Part shown: one piece after another, positions 22,701 to 35,355 of the stretch | Numbering within the stretch: the stretch's first letter is position 1 | Layout: the number at the start of each line of letters is the position of its first letter | Assembly: GCA_025786725.1 (NCBI GenBank) | Contig: JAHLTZ010000017.1 | Coordinates: 124,001-188,000, forward strand | DNA length: 64,000 bases | Reading direction: 5' to 3' | From: Syncephalis fuscata S228 | Taxonomy: Eukaryota > Fungi > Zoopagomycota | Program-made: the position numbers and the translations under genes | Notes under the pieces: generated by a model | What the model was told of the DNA's origin: nothing | The model's input: the letters and a program-made list of their open reading frames with translations, nothing else | Databases searched by the model: none

Positions 22701-25700
22701 ATGGTACACTGCTTATTAATGAACGTGGTCTAGTTAATGGATCCATCAAAGTAGTGCGACCTCATCCTAATTTCCGATTATTTATGACGATTGATCCAAA
22801 GTATGGTGAATTGTCTCGAGCAATGCGTAATCGAGGTGTGGAAATTGTTTTATTAGAAAATGGAGCCGCTACTTTAACAAACGATTTATTGGATTTGGCA
22901 AGTATGTCACAAGATCTTGGACTAGCCATGCCACCACCACCAACAACACTCTCTACTACCCGTCATCAATTACAAGCAATGGAAATGAAGATTGAACGAC
23001 TACAGCGTGGTGAACCATTAACATCTCCTATCAGTACTGAATCGGTGGATACTGGATTAATACGCGCACATAATCCGATAAGTGGCCAATTACTAATACG
23101 TGATACGACTAGTTGGTCAATAGCTGTACAGAATTTGCCATTATCGCTGTATTTACTAAATACGACACTAGAAGATGATGCTGATTACAGTGAAGCAGCC
23201 TGTCTTACTTATCTAGAACTTGATACATCAACATCGCCATTTGTATGGCCAAGCTATTTATCTTCTCTATCGTCTAATAGTCAAAATGATCAACTGAAAG
23301 CCTTGTTAAAAGAAGCAGTTGATCTATCACGACAACATTCATTAACTAGAGCATTGTATGAATCAGGTCAATTATTAATGCAACGTGTATTTACTGAGCA
23401 ACCAAATCAACTAAACAATTTACCAGTAAGTAACAACAATTGGTAATATTAATCTAACAATAACCATATCTTGTTTATAGGCATTGTATGATTGTAGTAA
23501 TGATAGTGTAGCATGGCATGCTATCCATTTACCAACTGATACAGAATATCAACAAGTATTGGCCCATTATAAATCTATACGCCATTGCTGGCTACTATTA
23601 CACCGTTGTCATGTTATGTTACTTGAAGATAAACAACATGTAATGACAGAAATGACCCCTACTGCCGATACCAGCCTACTTCGACTATCTTATCGTGTAT
23701 CGAGAGATGAATTGCCAGCTGATCGACTTGGACATCCAGCAATGCGGTTTATTTATCCAATTGCCGCTCATTTACACGCTTTAATGCCTCAACTATTGGG
23801 TATGGTCATAACAGTTGAAGATAATAACAACAGTAATAATAGAGATGAAACGATGGTAAATAGGATACTGACTACAACAATGCATCATACTAATATTATA
23901 TTTATGCCAATTTAACAGTCTATAATGAAGCGACTAGTAGATCATATTGATTTATGGCGATCTCTAACAAGTCGCTACTCTCCAATGGGCTATGTTGTTG
24001 AAGTGACACGATGGATAAGACGTGACATTGAATTGCTTATTGAAGATGTTAAACGTCGTGAACAAATGATTATGTTGGATATGAAGTTGATTGAACTATT
24101 TAATTTATTTATGCAAACGGCCGAGTTACAATCAGGCAGTAAAATGAAAATGATATGGCAAATACGCCATCCAATGTTATTACAATCAACGGATCTACAA
24201 ACCATTGAGGCAATACTTTTAGAGTATAGTCAAGTATCAACATTGGATACTATGAATGAAGATAATAATGATAATAATGATTACTTAACAAAAACTAATG
24301 GTAAATATCAATATCGTTCTTATTATCAATAATACTAATATTGTATACTATAGTATTTATTGAAGAACGTCATTTGATATCAGAAGCCATGGCTACTCTT
24401 TATTTATTAGAACGATCATCAATGTCAGAAGAACGTCGTGAATTGTTAGAATCTATGCAACAATCAGTTATGGTAAGTTTAATAGTAATAATTAATATAA
24501 CATATATATTCATCATGTATTATATTATAGATGCTTAAAGAAAAGAGGAATGAAACACAAGAAAAGGTTGATCTTATACTTGCACCATTAATGGAATATG
24601 ATTTATTACAGAAAGAAATGGAAATACTTTCTCAATTATTTAATGTTAAATTATCCAAACATGGTGTAACAAAGGTAAATATATAATTATTATAATACTT
24701 TATTAATATTGACATTAATATTAACATTATAGATTAAACAGTTACTACTACCATTGTATGAACAAATGAAGAATAGTACCACCTTTTCCATTGTACATCT
24801 TTCACTTTATCGTCGTTTATTATGGCTTATTGAAGATCCATCATTCTTAACATCTAATTCAGGTGAGTTATTGCAATAAAAAAATATATTTATATATTTA
24901 TATATAACATTAATACTTTGAATAATAGCCTATCAACGTACACTTGTTGAAATTTATTCATCTTGGATGACACGTTTATGGAATAATAGTGGCCGACATT
25001 CTTTTAAATGGTTTTCAACAAAGACATCAAGATCATGGGTAAGTATATAGAGATATATATATATATAGATATATAGATAGATAGATATTGATAATAATGA
25101 ATAATGAATGATAGATACCTAGTATGGTAGAAGGATCGGCTCTATTATATAGTCAGTTTTCAACAGCCTATATTCTTGAATTTAGGTAAGATATAATATA
25201 ATTATATTATTTATATTTATATTTATTTATATTTATATATTTATTAGTTATCATTTGAAATCTATACCTATTGGTGATTATGATATTCATTCTAAACGTG
25301 TTAATCGATTGGAACAACAGTTAATGCACACCAACGATTATACTACTAATCAATCCGATTTATCTTTATTATGTATGGCTATGGATCAGGTGAGTATATT
25401 ATTATACTATACTATATATTATATTATACCATATACTAATAACTAATATTAACTATTTAATAGATACTTCAATGGCTTCAATGGCCAAGTGATATATCCT
25501 TACTATCTCTTATGTATAGAAAGGATCAACATCAACTGTCTCAACTGCTTCATCAACTGCAACAGTTCATTAATAGTTTGAATGAAGGCACAGTGCATGG
25601 ACTAACCGCTGGTGTACTTTTACTTATTACATCTGCCCTTTCATTGCTTGCTACATGGTTAACGACAAATACGCCGCCATCATTAATGGACCAAGGTCGT

Positions 25701-28700
25701 CTCTGGACATTGATTAGTCTGATATCCATTGAATTGTATGTACCCGATTATGCATCCGATCCTGCATCTGAAACCATTCTTAATTGGGAACAACTAACAC
25801 GTCAACAACAACAATTGACGGTTATTCGATCAATGCGATGTGATATTCAACGTATACTTACGGGCACTGAAGATAACACACGTATCAATGAATTAAGTAG
25901 TGAATTAGCAACTATTACTAAACGCCAACAATCGATGATGGCTGATCGTGTACCTCGTCCCGATAATGCAACAACCACTCAATTAATGGATGTATTTAAT
26001 GAATTACGCCAAGTACAACAACATCACATTGATCCACGTCAAATTGATCAACTATTGACAGATCTTGTATCAAATACACCACAAAGTCGGGCCTCTGAAG
26101 CATTGTTGCAAGACAATCTAGAACATTATGCTGCACGTTCTCTATACAAATTCCCCTTATTCCGTGATATACTTGAGCCATTATGTGGCTTCCTATATCA
26201 GCTTAAGCATGGTCTACGACTTGTTGCTTTATCGGCTCGTCAAACGACCTTGAATGATGTATGGATTAGTAAAGCATTGGATACGCTACTTGATATTCAT
26301 ACTGTATCAACGACTGCTCAAACCCGTATCGATGCACTATTACAGCTATTAGAAGATGCTCAAGATCATTCAATACGTTGTAATGAACAACCTCAAACGA
26401 TAGAAGCGTTATTGCTACAGCTATTAGAACGCTTAAGGCTTATTGCTCGCCAATCCATCACTACGCGTTCCACTCTACTACCGGCCATTCATCGTGCATT
26501 GTATATAGCCCAACAACAATGGCAAATGGCTGAAGATCAACGTCAACGTGAAAAAATTGAATCTTCAAGCTTGTATAAAACGTCAACTTCATCTATCATA
26601 AAATCAATTGAACATGAAGCGGTCGATGAAGCAGCGGAAGAAGAACAAGAAATGAATACCCTATTCCCTACTTTTATTGAAGAATTCTCTCAATATATTA
26701 CTGATGATATTAATGGACCACCACCAGTAGAAGAGAATAAGGAAAGGGAAAAGAAAAAGACAGCTGACTCAATAGGATTTGATGAATCTACAGTTGTACA
26801 ATTTAGTCGTTGGTATATTCAATATTTCTTAAATGATTCTAATCAGCATAATGAATCATCTAGTATGTTGATTGATTTATGGTCTAGTGGATATCAGTTA
26901 GCAGGTCAATTAGCCAATACATTGACGCTGAATGAACCATTAACCTATCCAGATGAATCGATGAATACACGTATTATGGAACGTATTGCTCTACATCAAC
27001 AATCACGTCAATTTGATCTAAATACGACACCGATTAAAGATATCTATAAAGAGGCCAATACATCGGAAACGATACGCGTTGTGGAACCATTGCGTAAATT
27101 GGAAGCACGTCTACATGAATTATTGATACAATGGTCTGATCATGCAGTTTTATTACAAATACTCGAAATTGCTACTCGATTACGTCAATTCTCTCTATCA
27201 TCGCCTATTATGCGGTTCCTTACGGGATTAGAATTATTGTTATTTAAGGCGCAAGATTGGGAACAATATGCGGCACAGCATGTATCACTATCAAGCCATT
27301 TAAGTGAATTGACAAGCTTAATTGTTAGATGGCGTGAATTAGAGTTGAATAGCTGGCCTCATCTACTTGATTTACAAGATAAATCCGCCGCAGATATTGC
27401 TTATCGTTGGTGGTTTGATGTATTCTCGGCCACCCTCGCGCCATTGCTACTTACTGGTGATACATCAAATACTGCCATCTGTGTTGATGAAGAACGGTTA
27501 CGTGAAGTGTTGTCTACTTTGGAACAATTCATTCAAGGTGCATCACTTGGACAGTTTATACCTAGAGTTCAACTAATAGGTGCCATGTATCAACATATCT
27601 ATGAAGTATCCAAACAACCTAGTAGAACAGCTAGTAATACAGCAGTTCATACCAAGATGGCGGATGCATTATGGCAACTCTATCGTTATTATCGTCAATT
27701 CATTCCAGTTATACAAACGACGATTCAACAACGACGTGAACCTATTGAACGCCAGTTGAAAGAAGCAGTTAAATTGGCCAGTTGGAAGGATGTTAATGTC
27801 TATGCCTTGAAACAAAGTGCTCAAAAGACCCATAGACAATTGACTAAATTCATTAGACGGTATAAAGAGGTGCTTATTGAACCAGTCATCACCACACTGA
27901 CTCGTCCCGATCTATCATTTGACCAGGATCGACTATTGTCACCAATTACTGCTACTAGCCTATCTATATCCACCGTATCATCAGATCAACTAGTATGGCC
28001 TATAGAAATAGAACCCCAACTTGTATCGTCAACATCTAATCGTCTAGTCAATCTACCTCGTTTAGTAGATCGACTACAAATGATCTGTCGTCAGTCTTTG
28101 GCGCATCTATTTGACACCACTCTCGTTAATGGTATGGATGAAATGACCACGACTATTATTGAACGATCCACCGAGTTGCGTGAAGCATCCCACACGGCCA
28201 TTTCAGCTGATCCAAAATGTGCCAAACATTGGAAACAACTAAAGCGAAAAGCCTTGGCTGAATTGTTAAAACAACTACGCTTTATAGGCATATCAAGTCG
28301 TGGTACATCACAGACCCTTCAAGAACATATGTTACACCCCTGTATCCATTCTGATCAATTACCAGATACTAATACGGATAACCTATCTTATGAAAGGGCT
28401 GATAGTTACTATTTCAAATTACTGGCTAAATTACCACATCTACAGACTGCAGCTCATCAAGCCAATGCTGAACTATCAGTCATGGATGTACAAAAAGGTC
28501 TTGGTTTCACCTTTTCATTAATGCAATCGTTAATGCGTCAACGACAAGAAGCAGTTCGCTACAATCATCAATCGATAGCCTTGAAATATGCTATACAAAC
28601 ATGGTCATCACCGATGAATACAGATGTTGTTATACATCCACTTATTGAAGATGAATTAACCCAACATCATGATCAATTAGCATCCATGAATATGGCTGTA

Positions 28701-31700
28701 TTACCAGTAGAACAATAATGACTAGACTTGATCAACTGTCACCCAATGATACAGATACACTAACCGGATTCATGGATCAAATTGAATTAATGTATAATGA
28801 ATATACCACTCGGTATACACAACTGGTCACTTATCTATATCAATATCAGCTATCCCCTACTCCTACTCCATCACTCTACATACTTATGATGGATCAACGT
28901 AAACAGTTACACGATATACATCAACAACTATCAAGTATGCCATCTTATATGCTTCTATTCATAGTCTATTGCAACCACTTGCATCCATCATTAAGGACAC
29001 CGTGTCAACATCAACAGTATCCACATCGTTTGATATAGAATCATTTAAAATGACAGCCTCTCAACTCATTGATACTATATTACTTGTTATTCAAGGTCTA
29101 GTTAAACAGTTACCACCTAACAATAATGATAATAATGATGGTGATATGAACGATCTATTTGAATTAAGAAAGCATCAATTGGCCGATGAACTAAGCCGTA
29201 TAAGTCGTCTATGCATACTTACACGTATTCATGACATTGTTCAATTAGTCGATCAATTGAATCAATTAACATTAATTGGCATGTCTAATGATGATATCCA
29301 TATGCGATCATTTGTATCCCATGTACAACAACGACTGTTACCCTTCATTGAACAATATCTATCCATTATCAATTATATACAGACACAACAATCCACTCTA
29401 CAGTATAGAATAGGTAAATTGGCGTATATTCTTGGTACACTATTTACTACGCTATTTAAAGATGGATTCTGTACACCGTCTGATAATACCGGTGCAACAC
29501 AAGAAGGCGGTACTGAGAATAATGTAAGCGGTACAGGTATCGGTGAAGGTGAAGGTGCCCAAGATGTAACCGATCAAATTGAAGATGAAGAACAAGTACT
29601 TGGTCGACAAGGTGAAGATACAACTGATGCATCTAATAAGGATACGAAAGAAGAAGAGAAAGGAATGGAAATGGAGAATGACTTTGATGGTCAAATGGAA
29701 GATGTTGCACCTTCAGATGATGATGATAACAAGAAAGAAGCGGATGAAGAGGAAGAGGAAGAGGAAGATGAATTAGATGAAGGTATTGGCAATGTAGATG
29801 ATGAACATGAAGATGCCATTGATGAAAAGATGTGGAATAATGAAGAGAATGAAGATAATGAAGATAATAAAGATAATAAAGAAGCAAGTGGGGCCGGTGA
29901 TGCTAATGACAATGATATGGTGGCTGGTGATAGAGAAGAAGAAGAGGAAGAAGAAGGTTCAAATAAACAAGATAATGAACAAAAGAAACAGTCACCAGAA
30001 GATATATCTAATACAAAAGAGTCTATGGATGAAGAAGGAAAGGACGAAGAAGGAAAGGATGAAGAAGGAGAGGAAGAAGACGAGGATACAGCAGATCCAC
30101 AACAAATGTCTAATCCAATTCAACCACAAGATATTCCAGAAGCTGAAATGCTTGAATTAGACGATGATCTTCAATTAGATATTAATGATGATGATGATGA
30201 TGATAATAGAGATGACGGTGGAGATGATAGAGAAGAAGATGGTGGAAATGATGTAGATGAGAGTGGTGATATTGAAGAAGATGGTGAAGATGTAGATGAA
30301 GATGAAAGAACTGATTTAGCAGATTTTGATCATTCTATGAAAGATGAACAAGATGAACAAGAAGAGACAGTAGAAGATGGACAGGATAAAGAAGTGATAG
30401 ATCAAGGTGATGAAGAACCTAATGAAGATAAATCTGATGATGATGATGATGATGATGTACATGAACCATTGAACAAAGAAGAGAATAGAAAGATAGATAG
30501 TACATTGGCCGTTGAACAGCAGATGGGTAAAGGTGATGGACAGTCATCTACTATGGATGTATCAGTAGATGAACAGGATGAACAGGAAGAAGAAGAAGAA
30601 GAAGAAGAAAGAGCAGTTGATGAACAATTAGATGCATCATCTACTAAAGATACATCAGGTGCTAGTAAATCGACTCAACCTACAAATGCTTCTGAAGGTG
30701 AACTATCGACTGAACGTGAATCTACATCACAACCAGATATGGAACCATCTTCTACTCGTCAACCAGATGCACCCAATCCACGTCGACAATTGGCTGAAGC
30801 GATGAAGCATTGGCGAGAACGATTATCGGTATTGACAGAACCGGTGGAGCGTGAAGAAGAAGAAGTGGATAGTATGAAGATGAAGAAGAAAGAAGAAGAA
30901 GAAGAAGAAGTAGAGGAAGGGGTTGATGCGGCAACGTATGAATATATAGAAGGTGAAGGTAAACCTGAAGATGGTGAAGCATTAGGTGCAGCCAATCAAC
31001 AACAAATGGAAAAGACATTACGTCGATCCATTGAAGATGAACAAATTGAAGATCAAATGACAGAGAAAGAAGAACCAGAAGAAGAAGAAGAAGAAGAAGA
31101 ACCAGTAGAAGAAGAAGAGAAAAAGTCTAATGAAATTGAATCAGTGTCTACATCAATGCCATTACCTCAATCAACACCGTCTATTAATACTAATATCAAT
31201 GATTCTAGTAATAATGATAGTCATAGTAATGAACATCGTACTATTGATGATACAGATGATTCATTATCTATGACTATGGTGATGACAACAGTGGATCAAT
31301 TAACTAGTACTGAACAACAACAAGATGTAGAAGAAGAGGAGGATGATGATATGTATACGATGGTGGATGTAAATGTAATGCGCGATGAATTACAACAACA
31401 ATTAGATGATTGGATGTTGAATGGACGTGAACGAGATGAAGAGACGCGAGCATTGTGGCGTGGATATGAGACAGTCACTCATGATTTGGCCTTGGGATTA
31501 TGTGAACAGCTTCGATTGATTCTAGAACCGACATTGGCCACTCGATTAAAGGGTGATTATAGAACGGGTAAACGGTTGAATATGAAAAGATTATTCCGTA
31601 TATTGCGAGTCAGTTTAAGAAAGACAAGATTTGGTTAAGACGTACACGGCCTAGTAAACGACAATATCAAGTATTGTTGGCGATTGATGATTCGCACTCG

Positions 31701-32296
31701 ATGGCCGAGTCTCACTCGATTGAACTGGCCTATGAATCCCTCGCGCTTATTTCACGGGCCTTGGTCAATTGGAGGTTGGTGAGATGGCGGTTGTTGGTTT
31801 TGGTGAACAAGTACGATTGCTGCAATCATTACGTCGACTTGGTCAGCCGATATGGGTCCACAGGTATTGAGATCGCTTACGTTTAAGCAAACGCGTACCG
31901 ATGTGCGCCAATTAATGCATACGACAAGCGAGTTACTGCAATCAGCCCGATATGATAGTAGTAGTGGGTCAGCGGATCTATGGCAATTACAGCTCATTAT
32001 ATCGGATGGTATTTGTGATGATCATGCAAGATTGGCCGAACTGGTTAGAGCAGCGAGCGAACGACGTGTCATGACGATCTTTATTGTACTTGATGATAAA
32101 CCGTGGATCAATCGATTATGGCCACTAACAAGGTAGCCTATGAAATGGTCGATGGTAAAATGACATTGAAAATGACGCGCTATCTTGATACTTTCCCTTC
32201 GAGTATTATGTTGTTCTACGTCGCGTTGAATTATTGCCTGAAGTATTGGCCGATGCACTTCGTCAATATTTTAGTTTTGTTAATGGTAGTCATTAA
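15173..32296 (+). CDS. MDN1: Midasin (Rea1/MDN1) AAA ATPase, multi-exon; several apparent 1-nt frameshifts
   Basis: Six AAA modules (GPTGVGKT, GETGCGKT, GPTSAGKT, GETGCGKT, GSPGVGKT, GPSASGKT), a long linker, a D/E-rich region and a C-terminal MIDAS/VWA domain (LKGDYRTGKRLNM, IDDSHSM, IISDG, LPEVLADALRQYF). Confidence 0.96.
16697..16733. repeat. (TAT)n microsatellite within a midasin intron
   Basis: Run of tta/tat trinucleotides. Confidence 0.8.
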
Positions 32297-32396
32297 TCTA
32301 TAAATGATTGCATTGAAATAAATAGTATTATATTAATTAGATGATTGGTATTAGTGTTTATGTGGTTAAATAGGATAGTTATGGTTTGATGAAATC

Positions 32397-32653
32397 TAAT
32401 TAGAATAAAACCATGTATTTATTATTAAAAGTTTGCACAGCTAAATAGATACAACTAAGTGCAGGCTTATTAATAGTATCATGGTGCTATTGATTAAATG
32501 TAGAATAGATCGGAGCATTGGCTAGAAATTGATAGGTGAGTAGATTGAACGATGTAATTGTCAAATGGTCTTGATTGTTACCGGATATATACCTAAGTGT
32601 ATTGGACTAACATTCCAACTACATTGCCAATGCTAATGTCTTGAAGATATTGG
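32397..32653 (-). repeat. Conserved 3' region (probable 3' UTR) of peptide family, copy 2
   Basis: Reverse complement aligns with 4428-4680; homology ends just after an AATAAA. Confidence 0.85.
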
Positions 32654-32656
32654 CTG

Positions 32657-33464
32657 TTAGCTGCCTATAAATACATACATTACATACCATATGATTAATG
32701 TATAAATTAACGCGATAAAATATTACTTACCCGCTATTGATGTTGAATTATTAGACACACAATGCATAATATATGTTATTCAATAATTTGTTAATATAGA
32801 ATGCCACTTACCAACTATTGATGTTAAATCATTAAATACACATTGTATTGCATAAGTTAATTCATGATTAGTTGAGATACAATATCACTTACGACCTATT
32901 AATGTCAAGTCATTAAACAGACAGTACATATCATATGTTAGTGCGTAGTAATTGATATACAATGTAACTTACCAGCTATTGATGCCAGATTATTAAGTAC
33001 AAAATACATAACATGTGTTAGCGTATAAATAACTAGCCTATAATGTCACTTACTAACTATTGATGTCAAACCATTAAACATACAGTGCATGGCACATGTC
33101 AATGCATAGTTAATTGCTATACGATGTAACTTACCATCTATTGCTGTTAAACCATTAAATACACAGCGCATAGTATATGTTAATTTGTAGCTAATTAATA
33201 TACGATGTAACTTACCAGCTATTGATGCCAAATTATTAAACACACAGCACATGGTATTTGATTAGTATATAACTGATTAATATACAATGCAACTTACGTT
33301 CTATTAACATTATTTTGGCAAGTAAAAGCAGTGCTTAGTTAAAAAAACAATTATTTTAACCGTAACATACCACGACGAACTAGAGTTGGCATAGCATCCA
33401 CCATGGCTATACTGGCCATAAAGGCTACGATGAAAGTGCAAACGATGGCAATAGAAAACTTCAT
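32657..33464 (-). CDS. Secreted peptide precursor encoded by a 3-nt micro-exon array (copy 2): MKFSIAIVCTFIVAFMASIAMVDAMPTLVRREPDVTGLAGS*
   Basis: Exon 1 33464-33371. Micro-exons: aac 33300-33298, ctg 33218-33216, atg 33137-33135, tta 33056-33054, ctg 32975-32973, gtc 32895-32893, ttg 32814-32812, cgg 32733-32731, all AATAG|NNN|GTAAGT. Terminal exon from 32664 with in-frame TAA at 32659-32657. Confidence 0.82.
32665..33300 (-). repeat. Tandem repeat, ~81-nt unit = 3-nt exon + ~78-nt intron (8 units)
   Basis: On the + strand, acttacNNNctatt recurs every 80-82 nt. Confidence 0.92.
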
Positions 33465-33690
33465 GTTGATATTGAATTGTTAAGACAAGCAAGAAGGCTG
33501 GAAAACAAAGTGCGGTTAGTATAAAGTAGATGGTAGTGAGTATTTGGCAGAAAGTAGAGTGTGATAATGGTATTGCTGGTTAGTTGTATATTTCTAGTGG
33601 GCTATTTAAATCTATGCTTATTCTGAGGAATAAAATAATGCACTGTATGGCATGTACCATTGATGTGCAATGTGAACCAATAACAGCACG
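33465..33690 (-). promoter_or_regulatory. Conserved upstream region of peptide family, copy 2
   Basis: agtg.ggtt.gtataaagt, gggctattta, attga.gtg.aat.tga.ccaataa shared with 47559-47765; proximal block shared with 63925-64000. Confidence 0.65.
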
Positions 33691-35355
33691 TCCACATGGT
33701 GGCTTGATGCATACGTATACTAATATGTTGATGGTGTTGTATTGTACAACCAATCCTTCGCTATAATCTGTTTGGCAATATAAGCATCTATTACATACAT
33801 ATATAATAGAAATACACCTATTAGTGGGTAAAATACCGTTACACACAATTCGACCATGCAATGCAAATTAAATCTATTGGTTCTACGGAAACAGTAGTGG
33901 CACATCACTGTGCCTTTGACGATCGTTTTTATTGATAGCATCAATACATTGAGCTTGTATTTTTACAGGTATCTATCATTGTGCGTGTAAATTAGTTATA
34001 GTTTTTTAAACATAACAATATACTGATTAGTTCAAGCTTCCGTTTAATCCGGCACTATATCTATTGGTAACAAATGAACAGTTTATTTTAAAAAATATCG
34101 TTAGGTTTTTATATATACGCCATTGTCAAAAACAAATTGCCGATATTAGCCATTGAATGTCGAGTATATATTTAATAAAGTATTCTAGCCAATCTCTGAT
34201 TTCATCACCATTGCTAGTGTATATACTTTAGTTAACAGCTGTACTTGACACAATACATTTTGTACTGTTTGGCTATATGGGTTTATAAAATAGATATACA
34301 GCTGACTGAAAACTACATGATATTGCGGCGGTATTTCAACATGTTACATAGTGCGTTTCAGTATCATATGGTCAATTGGTTATACTATTTAATGAGCACT
34401 TTTTATCATTTGTTTGCTTTTGTGGTTTACATTTATTTAGTTGAGTTTTGCGACAGAATAAAGTCTGTACTTGAATATGTTGATTAAATCACATTTAACA
34501 CTGTTGCTTTGATGGTACAAACTGTTGTTATTTAGACGGTTGCTGCTAATTTACCATACTGCATAAAAGTGCCAATAATTGTACGTAGACAACGTAAAAG
34601 CTAGCATGTGATATTACACAGTTATGAGATTGGCAATGATAGCAATTTATTCTGCATAGTTGTGAGACTGTTGAAGGGGAGGGGGAAAGGAGAAAACAAA
34701 AACAATGTTAGATATTTCTAAGCGAATGTTGTTTCAGCTTTATTGCAATTATGCACAACAGGTACCACAAACTATTTAAGCGTGTTATAAAGCATTATTA
34801 TTATTACAGCTAAATTATAATTTACTAATTATAAGTTTAATATATTTTGTAATAATATCTCTATTTAAAAGAATATGACTATAATACACCATTTGAGCAT
34901 TTGTATTACAATATCGTTATCAATATCTTTGTTTTAGTTTTCGAATAGTCTAATAAAAAATCAGGCTTGGTGTTTTAACTAGTCAAGTGGATTTTCATGT
35001 TGAATAAGGCGTGTTTGTTTTACCGAAACAACACGCTTCAAGCTATTATACCGCAGTCTAAATAAAATAACCGGTTTAGTTTTGTACCGTGTTACATCGT
35101 GTCGGAAAATATAATGCCTTAGTTGGCAGTTTGATGTCCCAATGACCGGCTTATTGTAACAATTATAAACAGGTTAAGGCTAGCGAATGATGCATCCAAA
35201 TATAAATAGTGGTTGATTATAGCACAATATTTAGTATTAGTACCATCCAACATATTCATCGAGTCCATCCCACCACACATAAATTCCAATTGCACGACGC
35301 AAATTTTACGCCAGTGGCTTAACGAAAACATTCAAATACAATCGTATACTCCACT

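Noticed and set aside
29452-31478. Antisense and alternative-frame ORFs within the midasin acidic region
   Set aside because: Shadows of GAA/GAT repeats
15173-32296. Programmed frameshifting or pseudogene status for midasin
   Set aside because: Scattered 1-nt deletions without slippery-site consistency, also present in unrelated genes; sequencing error is more parsimonious
33046-33252. 68-aa ORF with a 27-aa internal repeat (MCCVFNNLASIAGKLHRI...)
   Set aside because: It is the unspliced read-through of the 81-nt intron+micro-exon unit; neighbouring units contain stops and the conserved columns are splice signals
35008-35037. Small hairpin gcgtgtttgttttaccgaaacaacacgc
   Set aside because: Single short imperfect stem with no supporting context
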